Shown piece after piece: positions 16,575 through 25,453 of a stretch of 64,000 nt of DNA. Position 1 is the stretch's first letter, and the number at the start of each line of letters is the position of its first letter. This stretch comes from an uncultured Oscillospiraceae bacterium (GTDB lineage Bacteria > Bacillota > Clostridia > Christensenellales > Aristaeellaceae), in contig CAZEIC010000001.1 of assembly GCA_964512175.1 (NCBI GenBank), positions 2,306-66,305 of the forward strand. The letters are read 5' to 3'. Below the pieces are notes generated by a model. It did no database searches and had not been told where the DNA came from. It saw only the letters and a list, made by a program, of their open reading frames with translations. The position numbers were made by a program, and so were the translations under genes.

Positions 16575-18974
16575 TCATTTGTTCGCTTCGAGGAACGCGC
16601 CGAAGAACGTCGCCTTCTCTTCCTTGGTAACGTCAAGCCACTTGCACACCGCCTCCACCACGACGGCGGGGCGCTCGCGCAGCACCTTGCGGACGTTCTG
16701 CACGCTGCCCTCCCACGCTTTAAGCGTCAGCGGCCAGCGTTCGCACTGATACGGGATGAACGGGCGCATGCGCGCCACCCACGCGTCCAGATGCGCGTCG
16801 AGCGCGCTCTTTGTGAACTTTTGGACAAGCAGCTCGCCGAGCCGCGCCAGAAACTGTTCACGCATGGCGGGCACGCCCATGAGCGCTGAGAACGGCACAT
16901 GGTCAAATTCGTTCTCCACGCGCGCGCTTTTGGCGCGCAGGAAGCGCTGCAGCGGCATGATACCCGTGCCGACCGTCTCCATCGCGGTGTCCAAATCGTA
17001 CAGCACCCATTTCCACTTGCCGCCGGGCACGCGGTAAAACCGCGCGTTCGTCACGTCGCGGCTGCCCGAGACGATCATGAACGCGGCGTAGTCAAAATAG
17101 CTGTCCACGTCGATTTGCGACAGCACGTAATCAAGCGCCTCCGGGGCGTTCAGGCTGTGCGCCTTGATGTACGCGTGCAGCGCGAGGTACTCGTCGGGCG
17201 AGCCGTTGTTGGCGACCGTGCCGTCGCCCACGAGAATCGTGATATCGTCGATGGTATCCTCGTCCGTCACGCCCTCATACTGGGCGACGGCGTGCTTGTT
17301 CACGCGCTCGCGGAGGTTGTAGTGCCCCCAGAGCTTGCCGTTGATATAGAGCAGCACGGGCTGGCAGTCGGACACCATGCAGTTTACGTCCATAGCAAGG
17401 CTGGTGATCAGCGCGTCGCGGAAGCGCAGGCCGTTCTTCGTGCCCTCCGTGCCGCAGCTTCGCAGCGTGATGGACTGGTAAGAAGCGTAATCGCGGTTGG
17501 GGAAGGGGTTGAAAGCAAACGCGTCCGCGCCGTACGCCTTACGCGCGAACAGCGCCATGCCCTTCTGGCTGAACCTGCGCGAGCCCTCGCCCGCGATGCA
17601 ATAGCCGCAGAGCGCGTTGAGCGCGCTCTCCCCCGCCTCGTCGAAATACTCGATTTGCACGGGGTATTCCCACATTTCGTTATACTTGGCGTACGCGCCC
17701 GTGCGCTGGTCGTCGAAATACGCCTTGTCCACCATCATCGACACCACCGGCACGCCGGGCGCGTCCGTCAGGAAGTACGTCGCGGCGACCGGGCTGGATA
17801 GGATCTCTCCCGGCGCGACAGCAGCCGCGCGCAGCAGCGTCGTTTTCGTGAACGTCAAGGGTTCTGTGTACAGCGTGGAACGCGCCGTCGGCGTGCCGCC
17901 GTCCAGCGTATAGCGAACCTCGCTCCCGGTGGGCGCGGAGAGCGTTACCGTGACAGAACCGGCATAAAACCCGCCCGAAAGGCTCAATACCGGTGCGTCG
18001 GTGCGCGCCCGATAGCTCGCGTCGGGGTTCTTTTTCCCGGGCGTCGATACGTCCAGATAACCCAGCGAACCGTCGCCCGCGCGGCCGTAGGCAATGTTGC
18101 CGTACTGCGCGGGAAGCCGCAGAACGTCTATGATTTCCGCGTCCGCGTCGCGCAGAACGAGCGTCGCGCCCTTGGCGGACAGCGCAAAGCCCGCGGCGAT
18201 CTCGCCCTTGTCGACAGGCTCGTCCGTGCAGTAGAGAACGACGTATTGCCCCGCTTTGAGCGTAATATCCGGCAGCGTGTAAGACTTGCCGCCCGAAAGC
18301 GCGGTGGCAAGCGAATATCCCGCAAGGTTCAGCGCTTCGCCCGAAACGTTGCGAAGCTCCAGCCAGTCGTGCCCCGGGTCGTCCTGAAACGGCGCGCACG
18401 ACGCCATGACCTCGTTGATGACGACGCGCCCGCCGACCGCAGGCAGCCCGTCCTCCGCAACGATCTTATTCTCTTGACCCGGCGTTGGCAGCCACGAAAG
18501 CCGCCACTCGCCGTCCGCTTCTCGCGCGAATGCAACGTCCGTCTGCTGCGCGCCGAAGGTCGCGCTGTCAATGGCAGCGCCGTCTTGATACAGCGTCACC
18601 GTCTCGCCGCCCGCACCGAGCTTGAACGCGGCGCGCCACTCGCCCGCCACGCTCTCGCCGACGCCGTCGCAATACACGAGCAGGTACTCCCCCGCCCCGA
18701 GCGTCGCGCCCTCGGGAAACTGGAAAGCGTATGGATTTTTCGCATCGTCCGACAGCGAATAGGCGGTCAGCAAGATCGCCGTATCGGTCGGGTTATACAG
18801 CTCCAGCCAGTCGGGCGACGCGCCCGCCGCGTCCTCGAGCGTGCCCGAGTTGGACGCCATCAATTCATTGATTCGCAAGCCCCGCGCCTGTTCGGCAAGC
18901 GCTGGGAGCATGCTCGCCAGCAGCGCGCAAACGCAGGCGGCGGCAAGCGCTCTCTTTATCGCGGTTTGTCCCAT
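16575..18974 (-). CDS. Secreted multidomain CotH kinase-family protein (two lamin-tail LTD domains, a chitobiase/hexosaminidase-C-like domain and a CotH domain)
   Basis: After the signal peptide there are two LTD-type repeats (LRINELMASN...DWLELYN and VVINEVMAS...DWLELRN). A VRYTLDGGTPT segment follows, then a CotH-like C-terminal region (LRSCGTEG...LLYINGKLWGHYNLRERV...). Confidence 0.8.
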   Translation of the reverse strand: MGQTAIKRALAAACVCALLASMLPALAEQARGLRINELMASNSGTLEDAAGASPDWLELYNPTDTAILLTAYSLSDDAKNPYAFQFPEGATLGAGEYLLVYCDGVGESVAGEWRAAFKLGAGGETVTLYQDGAAIDSATFGAQQTDVAFAREADGEWRLSWLPTPGQENKIVAEDGLPAVGGRVVINEVMASCAPFQDDPGHDWLELRNVSGEALNLAGYSLATALSGGKSYTLPDITLKAGQYVVLYCTDEPVDKGEIAAGFALSAKGATLVLRDADAEIIDVLRLPAQYGNIAYGRAGDGSLGYLDVSTPGKKNPDASYRARTDAPVLSLSGGFYAGSVTVTLSAPTGSEVRYTLDGGTPTARSTLYTEPLTFTKTTLLRAAAVAPGEILSSPVAATYFLTDAPGVPVVSMMVDKAYFDDQRTGAYAKYNEMWEYPVQIEYFDEAGESALNALCGYCIAGEGSRRFSQKGMALFARKAYGADAFAFNPFPNRDYASYQSITLRSCGTEGTKNGLRFRDALITSLAMDVNCMVSDCQPVLLYINGKLWGHYNLRERVNKHAVAQYEGVTDEDTIDDITILVGDGTVANNGSPDEYLALHAYIKAHSLNAPEALDYVLSQIDVDSYFDYAAFMIVSGSRDVTNARFYRVPGGKWKWVLYDLDTAMETVGTGIMPLQRFLRAKSARVENEFDHVPFSALMGVPAMREQFLARLGELLVQKFTKSALDAHLDAWVARMRPFIPYQCERWPLTLKAWEGSVQNVRKVLRERPAVVVEAVCKWLDVTKEEKATFFGAFLEANK

Positions 18975-20179
18975 GTTTCCCCCGTCAGCAGGTTGATGCC
19001 GGTCGATATGAACAGCATTTGGTCTACGCCCTCGACCTTGACAAGCTGCCCCGTGCGCCTGTGTCCGCAGGCGAACAGCTCGCCGTCTTGCTTCATGACC
19101 AGCAAGCCCTGTCCGCAGACGAACAACTTCGCCTCACCCGCCGCCATGACCTCGGCGGGCAGCAAATGTCCAAACCGCTGCTGCGCGCGCAAGCCCTCGG
19201 CGCTCTTGGCGAAATAGCGGCTGCCCCACGACCAGAGCGAGCCGTCCTCCAGCATGACGAGCGCCTGCGCGGAATACACGCTGATGTCCGTCACACGCAT
19301 CGGCAGCGGCACGCGCGTGGGCGTTCTGACGCTTTTGCCGCCCGTGTCCACGCCGCACTGGAGCAAATCGTTCGTGCCCCAAGCGTATACGTCGCCGTTT
19401 TCGTCGAGCACCGCCGCCCAGTACCCACCGCCCGCGAGCTTTTTGACCTTGATGCCGCCCAGCGGGAGCGCGACGGGCTTTGCGACCTTTTTCCCCTTCT
19501 GACCGAGGATCTGCCCGTATTCGTTGTTGCCCCATGCGTACACCGTGCCGTCCGCGCCAAGCGCCATGGAGAACGTGCCGCCCGCCTCGACCGACACGAT
19601 GTCCGCAAGCGGCAGCTTGGCGGGCGCGTTGACGAACACGTTGCTCTGCGACCCCGCGCCGACCTGCCCGTAATCGTTGCGCCCAAAGGCGTAGACCTCG
19701 CCCTTGTCGGTCAGCGCGAGCGTCTGCCCAAAGCCCGTCGAAAGCTGCGTAATCGTCTCGTCCGGCAGAATCGTGAGCTTTTTGTGCGCCATGAGGTCAA
19801 AACCGTTGCCCGGGAGCATCTGCCCGTGCCGGTTGCGCCCCGTGCCGTACAGGTCGCCGCCGGCATACACCAGATAGCTGTAATCACACCCGGCGACGAT
19901 ATCGACAAGCCCGGTATAATCGAGCTTGAGCGCCTTTTCTTCCTTATTTAATATCGCGCGTAAGACGGGCGTGTCGCCGCCCTTGCGCCCCGTGCCGAGC
20001 TGCCCGTACTGGTTCATGCCGAAGGCGTACAGCGTGCCGTCCGCCGCCAGCGCGTAGGCGTAGCCCCCGCCGATGGCGAGGATCACGCCGCTGTCCTCGT
20101 CCCGGTGCGATTCCGCAAACGCGCCCGCGCCAAGCAGCACGCAAAGCGCCAAGCATACGGCGAGTATTCGTTTCGTCAT
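18956..20179 (-). CDS. Secreted RCC1-repeat (beta-propeller) protein
   Basis: The signal peptide is MTKRILAVCLALCVLLGAGAFA. Repeated YxFGxNxYGQLG-type blades follow (YAFGMNQYGQLGTG, YGTGRNRHGQM, YAFGRNDYGQVGAG, YAWGNNEYGQILG, YAWGTNDLLQCG). The stop overlaps the CotH start by 19 nt. Confidence 0.8.
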   Translation of the reverse strand: MTKRILAVCLALCVLLGAGAFAESHRDEDSGVILAIGGGYAYALAADGTLYAFGMNQYGQLGTGRKGGDTPVLRAILNKEEKALKLDYTGLVDIVAGCDYSYLVYAGGDLYGTGRNRHGQMLPGNGFDLMAHKKLTILPDETITQLSTGFGQTLALTDKGEVYAFGRNDYGQVGAGSQSNVFVNAPAKLPLADIVSVEAGGTFSMALGADGTVYAWGNNEYGQILGQKGKKVAKPVALPLGGIKVKKLAGGGYWAAVLDENGDVYAWGTNDLLQCGVDTGGKSVRTPTRVPLPMRVTDISVYSAQALVMLEDGSLWSWGSRYFAKSAEGLRAQQRFGHLLPAEVMAAGEAKLFVCGQGLLVMKQDGELFACGHRRTGQLVKVEGVDQMLFISTGINLLTGETWDKPR

Positions 20180-20195
20180 GCCGCGCCCCCTTTCA

Positions 20196-21014
20196 TCACC
20201 GTTTGACCGTCGCCAGACACAGCCAGTTGGGCAGCGCGGCGACCGGGTTATAGCGCCAGTCGTGCATGCGGTCGATTTGCTCGCGGGTCGCCTTCGCGCC
20301 GTCCACAAGCTCCTCCAGCGGCAGCCAGAACGGCGTTTCGTAGTCCTTCTCCGCAAACGCCTCCTCGACGCGCGACAGGCGCAGCCCCGCGTCCAGCTGG
20401 GCGTTGAGGATGTCCTGCAAGCGCCAATGGAACGTGATCTCGCCGCCGTCGTCGTAAGGGCCTACGTCGTCATAAGGCTTCATCACCTTGAAGCCGTCGT
20501 CAAACGGGCGCTGGAACGGGTGGATCTCGTACATCACATATGCGCCGCCGGGCTTGAGCACGCGATATACGCTCTGGTACATGCGCGCAAGGTCGTCAAT
20601 CCACACATGCACGCCGTTGGACGTGTACACCAAATCATATGAGCCGTCCTCGATGCCCGCAAGCCCCATCGTGTCCGCGCGGACGAATGTGATCGCGCCG
20701 TCCAGCCCGCAGCGCGCGGCGGCGGCATGCGCGTTCTCAAGCTGCCTTTCGGCGATATCGCACGACGTGACGCGCGCGCCGAGCGCCGCGAACGCGAGCA
20801 CCGCGAGGTTGTCGCCGCTCGACGGCACGCACACGCGCTTGCCCGAAAAATCGCCGATATATTGCGACAGCAAGCCCCACGCGGCGGCGTGGAACGCGCT
20901 CCCAGGGTCTTTCAGGATGGCGTTTAGTTTATCCTCGCCGTGCGAGAACGCCGCGTACTTCCCCGCAAAGGCGTTCCAGCTCGCGCGGTTTTTCTCGGAA
21001 ACTGCGTCGGACAT
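20196..21014 (-). CDS. Class I SAM-dependent methyltransferase
   Basis: The motif I region reads VCVPSSGDNLAVLAFAALGARVTSCD, followed by LKPGGAYV. The gene starts 4 nt after guaA. Confidence 0.8.
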   Translation of the reverse strand: MSDAVSEKNRASWNAFAGKYAAFSHGEDKLNAILKDPGSAFHAAAWGLLSQYIGDFSGKRVCVPSSGDNLAVLAFAALGARVTSCDIAERQLENAHAAAARCGLDGAITFVRADTMGLAGIEDGSYDLVYTSNGVHVWIDDLARMYQSVYRVLKPGGAYVMYEIHPFQRPFDDGFKVMKPYDDVGPYDDGGEITFHWRLQDILNAQLDAGLRLSRVEEAFAEKDYETPFWLPLEELVDGAKATREQIDRMHDWRYNPVAALPNWLCLATVKR

Positions 21015-21018
21015 GCCG

Positions 21019-22566
21019 TCACTCCCACTCGATGCTCGCCGGGGGCTTGGTCGTCACGTCCAGCAGCACGCGGTTGACGCGCGGAACTTCGTTGACGATG
21101 CGGCGGGAGATGAGCGCGAGCGTTTCATACGGGATGCGCGCCCAATCGGCGGTCATGAAATCGTCGGTCGTGACCGCACGGATGGCGACCGCGCGCTCAT
21201 AGGTGCGCTCGTCGCCCATCACGCCCACGCTTTGCGAGCCGGTCAGCACGGTGAAATACTGGCTGATGCCGTGCGAAAGCCCGGCGTTGTCGATTTCCTC
21301 GCGCAGGATCGCGTCCGTCTGGCGAACGATATCGACATTCACGAACGTGAGCGCGCCCAGCGTGCGGATGGCAAGCCCGGGGCCGGGGAACGGCTGCCGC
21401 CAGACCATGTACGCGGGCAAGCCCAGTGCCTCGCCAAGCGCGCGCACTTCGTCTTTAAACAGCATGCGCAGCGGCTCGATGAGGCTGTCAAACCCAAGCT
21501 CCTTGGGCAGACCGCCGACGTTGTGATGGCTCTTGATGACGCTCGCGCCCTCGGTTGCGCCCGACTCGATCACGTCGGGATAGATCGTGCCCTGCGCGAA
21601 ATGCTCGTGCTTGCCGAGCTTTTTCGCTTCCTCGCGGAACACGTTGACGAACTCCGCGCCGATGATTTTACGCTTTTGCTCGGGGTCGGACACGCCCGCG
21701 AGCTTGTCCATGAACCGCTGGCGCGCGTCCACGGCGATCAATTTGACCGGGAAATTGCGCGTGAACACATCGCGCACCTGCTCTGGCTCGTTTGCGCGCA
21801 TGAACCCGTGATCGACGAACACGCACGTCAGCCTGTCGCCGATCGCCTTGTGGATGAGCGCCGCCGTGACGGAGGAATCCACGCCGCCCGACAGCCCGAG
21901 CAGCACATGTTCGTCCGGCGCGACCGCCTCGCGAATCAGCTTCACCGCCGCTTCGCCGAAGTTTTTCATGTGCCAGTCGCCCGTGCAGCCGCACAGCGAA
22001 AGCAGGAAGCGCTCGATGATCGCCATGCCGTTTTGCGTGTGCGTCACCTCGGGGTGGAACTGTACGCCCAGCAGCTTGCCGTCGGCGCTCTGCATGGCGG
22101 CGACCGGGCAGCTCTCGGTGTTCGCGATGGCGCGGAAGCCCTCGGGCATGCGCGTCACCTGATAGGTGTGGCTCATCCAGCAGGCGTTTTCCTCGGCAGC
22201 GTCCGCCAGCAGCGGCGCGCGCGTGTCCATGCGGACATTGACAAGCCCGTACTCGCGCTTGCCCGCCGCCGCGACCTCGCCGCCCAGCGAAAGCCCCATC
22301 AGCTGCATGCCGTAGCAGATGCCCAGTACGGGCACGCCCAGCGAAAACACGCCGCTGTCGCAGCGCGGCGCATCCGTTTCCAGCACGCTCGCCGGACCGC
22401 CCGACAGGATGACGCCGACCGGAGAGAGCGCCTTGACGCGCTCCAGCGGCGCGGAGCACGGAAGCACCTGCGAATAGACGTGCAGCTGGCGCACGCGGCG
22501 CGCGATGAGCTGCGTGTACTGCCCGCCAAAGTCCAGGATCACGATGCACTGATGCAAGAGAGTCAA
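21019..22566 (-). CDS. guaA: GMP synthase (glutamine-hydrolysing)
   Basis: The protein has a GATase domain (GICYGMQL, HPE), the ATP-PPase P-loop LGLSGGVDSSV and the C-terminal KPPASIEWE. Confidence 0.95.
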   Translation of the reverse strand: MTLLHQCIVILDFGGQYTQLIARRVRQLHVYSQVLPCSAPLERVKALSPVGVILSGGPASVLETDAPRCDSGVFSLGVPVLGICYGMQLMGLSLGGEVAAAGKREYGLVNVRMDTRAPLLADAAEENACWMSHTYQVTRMPEGFRAIANTESCPVAAMQSADGKLLGVQFHPEVTHTQNGMAIIERFLLSLCGCTGDWHMKNFGEAAVKLIREAVAPDEHVLLGLSGGVDSSVTAALIHKAIGDRLTCVFVDHGFMRANEPEQVRDVFTRNFPVKLIAVDARQRFMDKLAGVSDPEQKRKIIGAEFVNVFREEAKKLGKHEHFAQGTIYPDVIESGATEGASVIKSHHNVGGLPKELGFDSLIEPLRMLFKDEVRALGEALGLPAYMVWRQPFPGPGLAIRTLGALTFVNVDIVRQTDAILREEIDNAGLSHGISQYFTVLTGSQSVGVMGDERTYERAVAIRAVTTDDFMTADWARIPYETLALISRRIVNEVPRVNRVLLDVTTKPPASIEWE

Positions 22567-22578
22567 CCCCTTCCAAGC

Positions 22579-23142
22579 TTAATCATTGGTGTATTGCCTT
22601 GCGTCTTCATAGGTTTTCAGGATGCGCACAGCGACCTCCGCGCGCGTCTGCCGCGAATCCATCGCCTGCTTTTCGATGAAGCGGTGCGCCTGCTTTTCCG
22701 GCATGGACAGCACGCGCTCGAGCGTGCGCTTGGCGCGATCGACGAGCCTTAGCTCCTCCATCTTGCGCAAAAGCTGGACGTTCTCCAGGAGCAGGTATGC
22801 GGCGCGCGCGTGCATCGCCCCGCAAAAGGTAAGCGCCTGCCGGAGCGTATCGCGGCGCACGGGCTTTCGGAGCGTCAGCACGCCGCATTCCTCCGCCTGC
22901 GGGCACGCCTCCTTCGCCAGCAGCACGACCGCGCTGGGCGTGCTGCGCGCCGCGTCCACGCACAATGAAACAATCCGCGCGTCCGCGCCGTCGCACAAAA
23001 GCAGCGCGGGCGCGTGCTCGTCCACCAGCGCGCGCGCCTGCTCGGCGCACGCGGCAAGCAGCACGGGCGCATACCCCGCTTCCGTCAGGAGCGCCGCCAG
23101 CATATCCGCGCTTTTCCCGGACAACAGCACGCAAGACGGCAC
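22579..23142 (-). CDS. ANTAR-domain RNA-binding regulator with an N-terminal receiver-like domain
   Basis: The C-terminal ANTAR region reads LVDRAKRTLERVLSMPEKQAHRFIEKQAMDSRQTRAEVAVRIL. The N-terminal roughly 110 aa are CheY-like but lack the usual N-terminal acidic pair. The GTG start has a GAGGTG RBS. Confidence 0.8.
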   Translation of the reverse strand: MPSCVLLSGKSADMLAALLTEAGYAPVLLAACAEQARALVDEHAPALLLCDGADARIVSLCVDAARSTPSAVVLLAKEACPQAEECGVLTLRKPVRRDTLRQALTFCGAMHARAAYLLLENVQLLRKMEELRLVDRAKRTLERVLSMPEKQAHRFIEKQAMDSRQTRAEVAVRILKTYEDARQYTND

Positions 23143-23161
23143 GCGGCTTCACCTCATTTGC

Positions 23162-23190
23162 ATTATCGCACAGTTTACGGGCGCAGACAA
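23162..23190 (-). promoter_or_regulatory. Sigma-70-type promoter upstream of the ANTAR-guaA gene string
   Basis: On the minus strand: TTGTCT (23190-23185), a 17-nt spacer and GATAAT (23167-23162). Confidence 0.5.
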
Positions 23191-23193
23191 GCC

Positions 23194-24270
23194 TTATTTC
23201 GACGGTTTTTCGATGCTGTGGATCAAATCGAGCACCGCTTGCGTGCCGTCGGCGGGCGGCGCGGCCTTCAGCGCGGCGCGCAGGATATCGCGGTCGCGCC
23301 AGAGCGCGGACAGCGCCTCGACGAGCGCGTCTTCGGTGAGCTTCTCCTGCGGGAGCACGCGCGCCAATCCGCGCGATTGGTAGCTCTCGGCGTTGAGCAC
23401 CTGATCGCCGCGGCTGGTGTTGCCCTTGGGGTACGGCACCAGCAGCATCGGCAGGCACAGCGCCTGAAACTCGCACAGCGCGTTCGCGCCCGCGCGCGAG
23501 AGCACCATGTCCGCCGCCGCCATGACGCTCGGCAGTTCGTCCGACAAAAACTCGACCTGATAATACCCCGGCGTTCCGGAAAGCGACGCGTCCAGATTGC
23601 CCTTGCCGCAAATGTGCGCGATTTGGAAGCGCGGAAGCAGCCTTGGCAGCGCGGCGCGGAGCACGCTGTTGACGCTCTGCGCGCCGAGGCTGCCGCCCAT
23701 CATCATCAGGATAGGCTTATCGCCCGCAAGCCCGGTCAGCGATAGCCCGCGCTCGCGGCTGCCGGAGAACAGCTCGGGGCGCAGCGGCGTACCGGTGTAT
23801 ACGCCCTTATCGCCCAGCGCCTTGGCGCACTCGGGGAACGTCGTGGCGACGCGGCGGGCAAAGCGCGAGCAGATTTTGTTGGCAAGCCCGGGCGTCAAAT
23901 CGCTCTCGTGGCACAATACCGGCACGCCGTGTATTGCCGCGCCGACCACCACGGGCACGGACACGAACCCGCCCTTGGAAAACAACACGTCGGGCTTGAG
24001 CGCGCGCATGAGCGCAGCCGCCTGACACGCGCCAGCAAGCACGCGGAACGGGTCGGTCAAGTTCTTGATATCGCGGTAGCGGCGCAGCTTGCCGGACTGG
24101 ACGGCGTGGTAGGTCACGCCCGGTAGATTGCCCATCATGCCGTGCTCGATGCCGCCCTCCGTGCCGACGTAGTGCACGTCGTAACCCTCCGAAAGCAGAT
24201 GCGGGAGCAGCGCCAGATGCGGGGTCACATGCCCCGCCGAACCGCCGCCCGTCAGTACGATACGCTTCAA
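23194..24270 (-). CDS. murG: Undecaprenyldiphospho-muramoylpentapeptide beta-N-acetylglucosaminyltransferase MurG
   Basis: KRIVLTGGGSAGHVTP is the G-loop, and the GT28 C-terminal region reads MMMGGSLGAQSVN...RAGANALCE. I prefer the TTG start at 24270, which follows GGGGGAGGGAAGGAAG. The listed ORF starts 14 codons earlier. Confidence 0.9.
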   Translation of the reverse strand: MKRIVLTGGGSAGHVTPHLALLPHLLSEGYDVHYVGTEGGIEHGMMGNLPGVTYHAVQSGKLRRYRDIKNLTDPFRVLAGACQAAALMRALKPDVLFSKGGFVSVPVVVGAAIHGVPVLCHESDLTPGLANKICSRFARRVATTFPECAKALGDKGVYTGTPLRPELFSGSRERGLSLTGLAGDKPILMMMGGSLGAQSVNSVLRAALPRLLPRFQIAHICGKGNLDASLSGTPGYYQVEFLSDELPSVMAAADMVLSRAGANALCEFQALCLPMLLVPYPKGNTSRGDQVLNAESYQSRGLARVLPQEKLTEDALVEALSALWRDRDILRAALKAAPPADGTQAVLDLIHSIEKPSK

Positions 24271-24424
24271 AGCTTCCTTCCCTCCCCCGTAGAACGTGGT
24301 AAAGTATACCATAGTATGCGCGCGCGTGCCAGAACTATTTCAACGCGATGTTTGCAGACTGTTCACACTTTTCGCGTTTCCGCGCGGCGCGGCGGGTGTA
24401 TATCCAAGGCAGGAGGTGGAGAGC

Positions 24425-25369
24425 ATGAAATTTGTTCTGATCCTATTGATTCTCTGCTTGACCCTAACGACCGCGTTCGCGCAGACAGACGACAGGAAAG
24501 GAGAAGACAGCGCCTTGACATTGCAAAACGACGAAGCCGTCATTTATTTCGCGGGCGGCTGCTTCTGGGGCATCGAAGAACTGATGCGCCTCGTGCCGGG
24601 CGTGACGGACGCGACAAGCGGCTACGCCAACGGCACGACCGAGAGCCCGACCTATCGCGAGGTAACGACGGGCAAGACCGGGCATCGCGAGACGGTGCGC
24701 GTCGTCTACCGCCCCGCAGACGTGAGCCTGCAGGCGCTGCTGTCGTTGTTTTTCTCGACCATCGACCCGACCGTGGAGAACCGGCAGGGCAACGATGTGG
24801 GCAAGCAGTACCAGACGGGCGTATACTACGTCGGAGAGACGGACGCAGGCATCGTGCGCGCGGCGGCGGAGAGGGAGCGCGCGCGGCAGGAAAAGTTCGT
24901 TGTGGAGATCGCGCCACTGACGAGCTTCTATCCCGCAGAGTCCGAGCATCAGGATTACCTCGAACGCAATCCCGGCGGCTATTGCCACATCGGCGCGGAC
25001 GCTTTCGACCGCGCGCGCGGGCTGACGGCAAATTCCGAACATCCGTCCGCCGCGGAATACAGGAGCATCGCGCCCGCGCTCGCCAAGGCGTGGCTGGACG
25101 ACGGCAGACCGCTTCGCCTCATGGACGTGCGCACCAAGGCGGAATACGACGGCGGGCGCATCCCGGGCGCGGAGCTGCTGCCGGTGGAGGCCATCGGCGC
25201 GGACATGCCCGACATGCTGACCAACCTGCATGAAACCATCCTCGTCTACTGCCGTTCGGGCAGGCGCAGCCGCGACGCGGCAAACAAGCTCGTCGCCATG
25301 GGCTACACGGCGGTGTACGACTTGGGCGGCATCAACGACTGGGGCTACGAAACGGTCAAGACGGAATGA
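24425..25369 (+). CDS. msrA: Secreted peptide-methionine (S)-S-oxide reductase MsrA fused to a C-terminal rhodanese domain
   Basis: The signal peptide is MKFVLILLILCLTLTTAFA. The MsrA active site is FAGGCFWG, with a later GGYCHIG. The rhodanese active-site loop is YCRSGRRS. Confidence 0.88.
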   Translation: MKFVLILLILCLTLTTAFAQTDDRKGEDSALTLQNDEAVIYFAGGCFWGIEELMRLVPGVTDATSGYANGTTESPTYREVTTGKTGHRETVRVVYRPADVSLQALLSLFFSTIDPTVENRQGNDVGKQYQTGVYYVGETDAGIVRAAAERERARQEKFVVEIAPLTSFYPAESEHQDYLERNPGGYCHIGADAFDRARGLTANSEHPSAAEYRSIAPALAKAWLDDGRPLRLMDVRTKAEYDGGRIPGAELLPVEAIGADMPDMLTNLHETILVYCRSGRRSRDAANKLVAMGYTAVYDLGGINDWGYETVKTE

Positions 25370-25380
25370 TCCAGACAGGC

Positions 25381-25413
25381 AAAACGCCCGGAGCGCTTAT
25401 CCGGGCGTTTTTG
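25381..25413 (+). terminator. Intrinsic terminator after msrA
   Basis: The stem AACGCCCGG-agcgcttat-CCGGGCGTT is followed by TTTGC. Confidence 0.7.
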
Positions 25414-25453
25414 CATATGAAATATTGAAGGAATCCGCTTTCAAATTCGCTCG

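Noticed and set aside
20488-22752. A 754-aa ORF on the plus strand
   Set aside because: It lies antisense to the methyltransferase, guaA and the ANTAR gene, and has the same Arg/Ala-rich artefact composition. Other long antisense ORFs are rejected for the same reason: 3606..4838, 15783..16889, 29941..31389, 31166..32644, 50844..52580 and 54070..55944.
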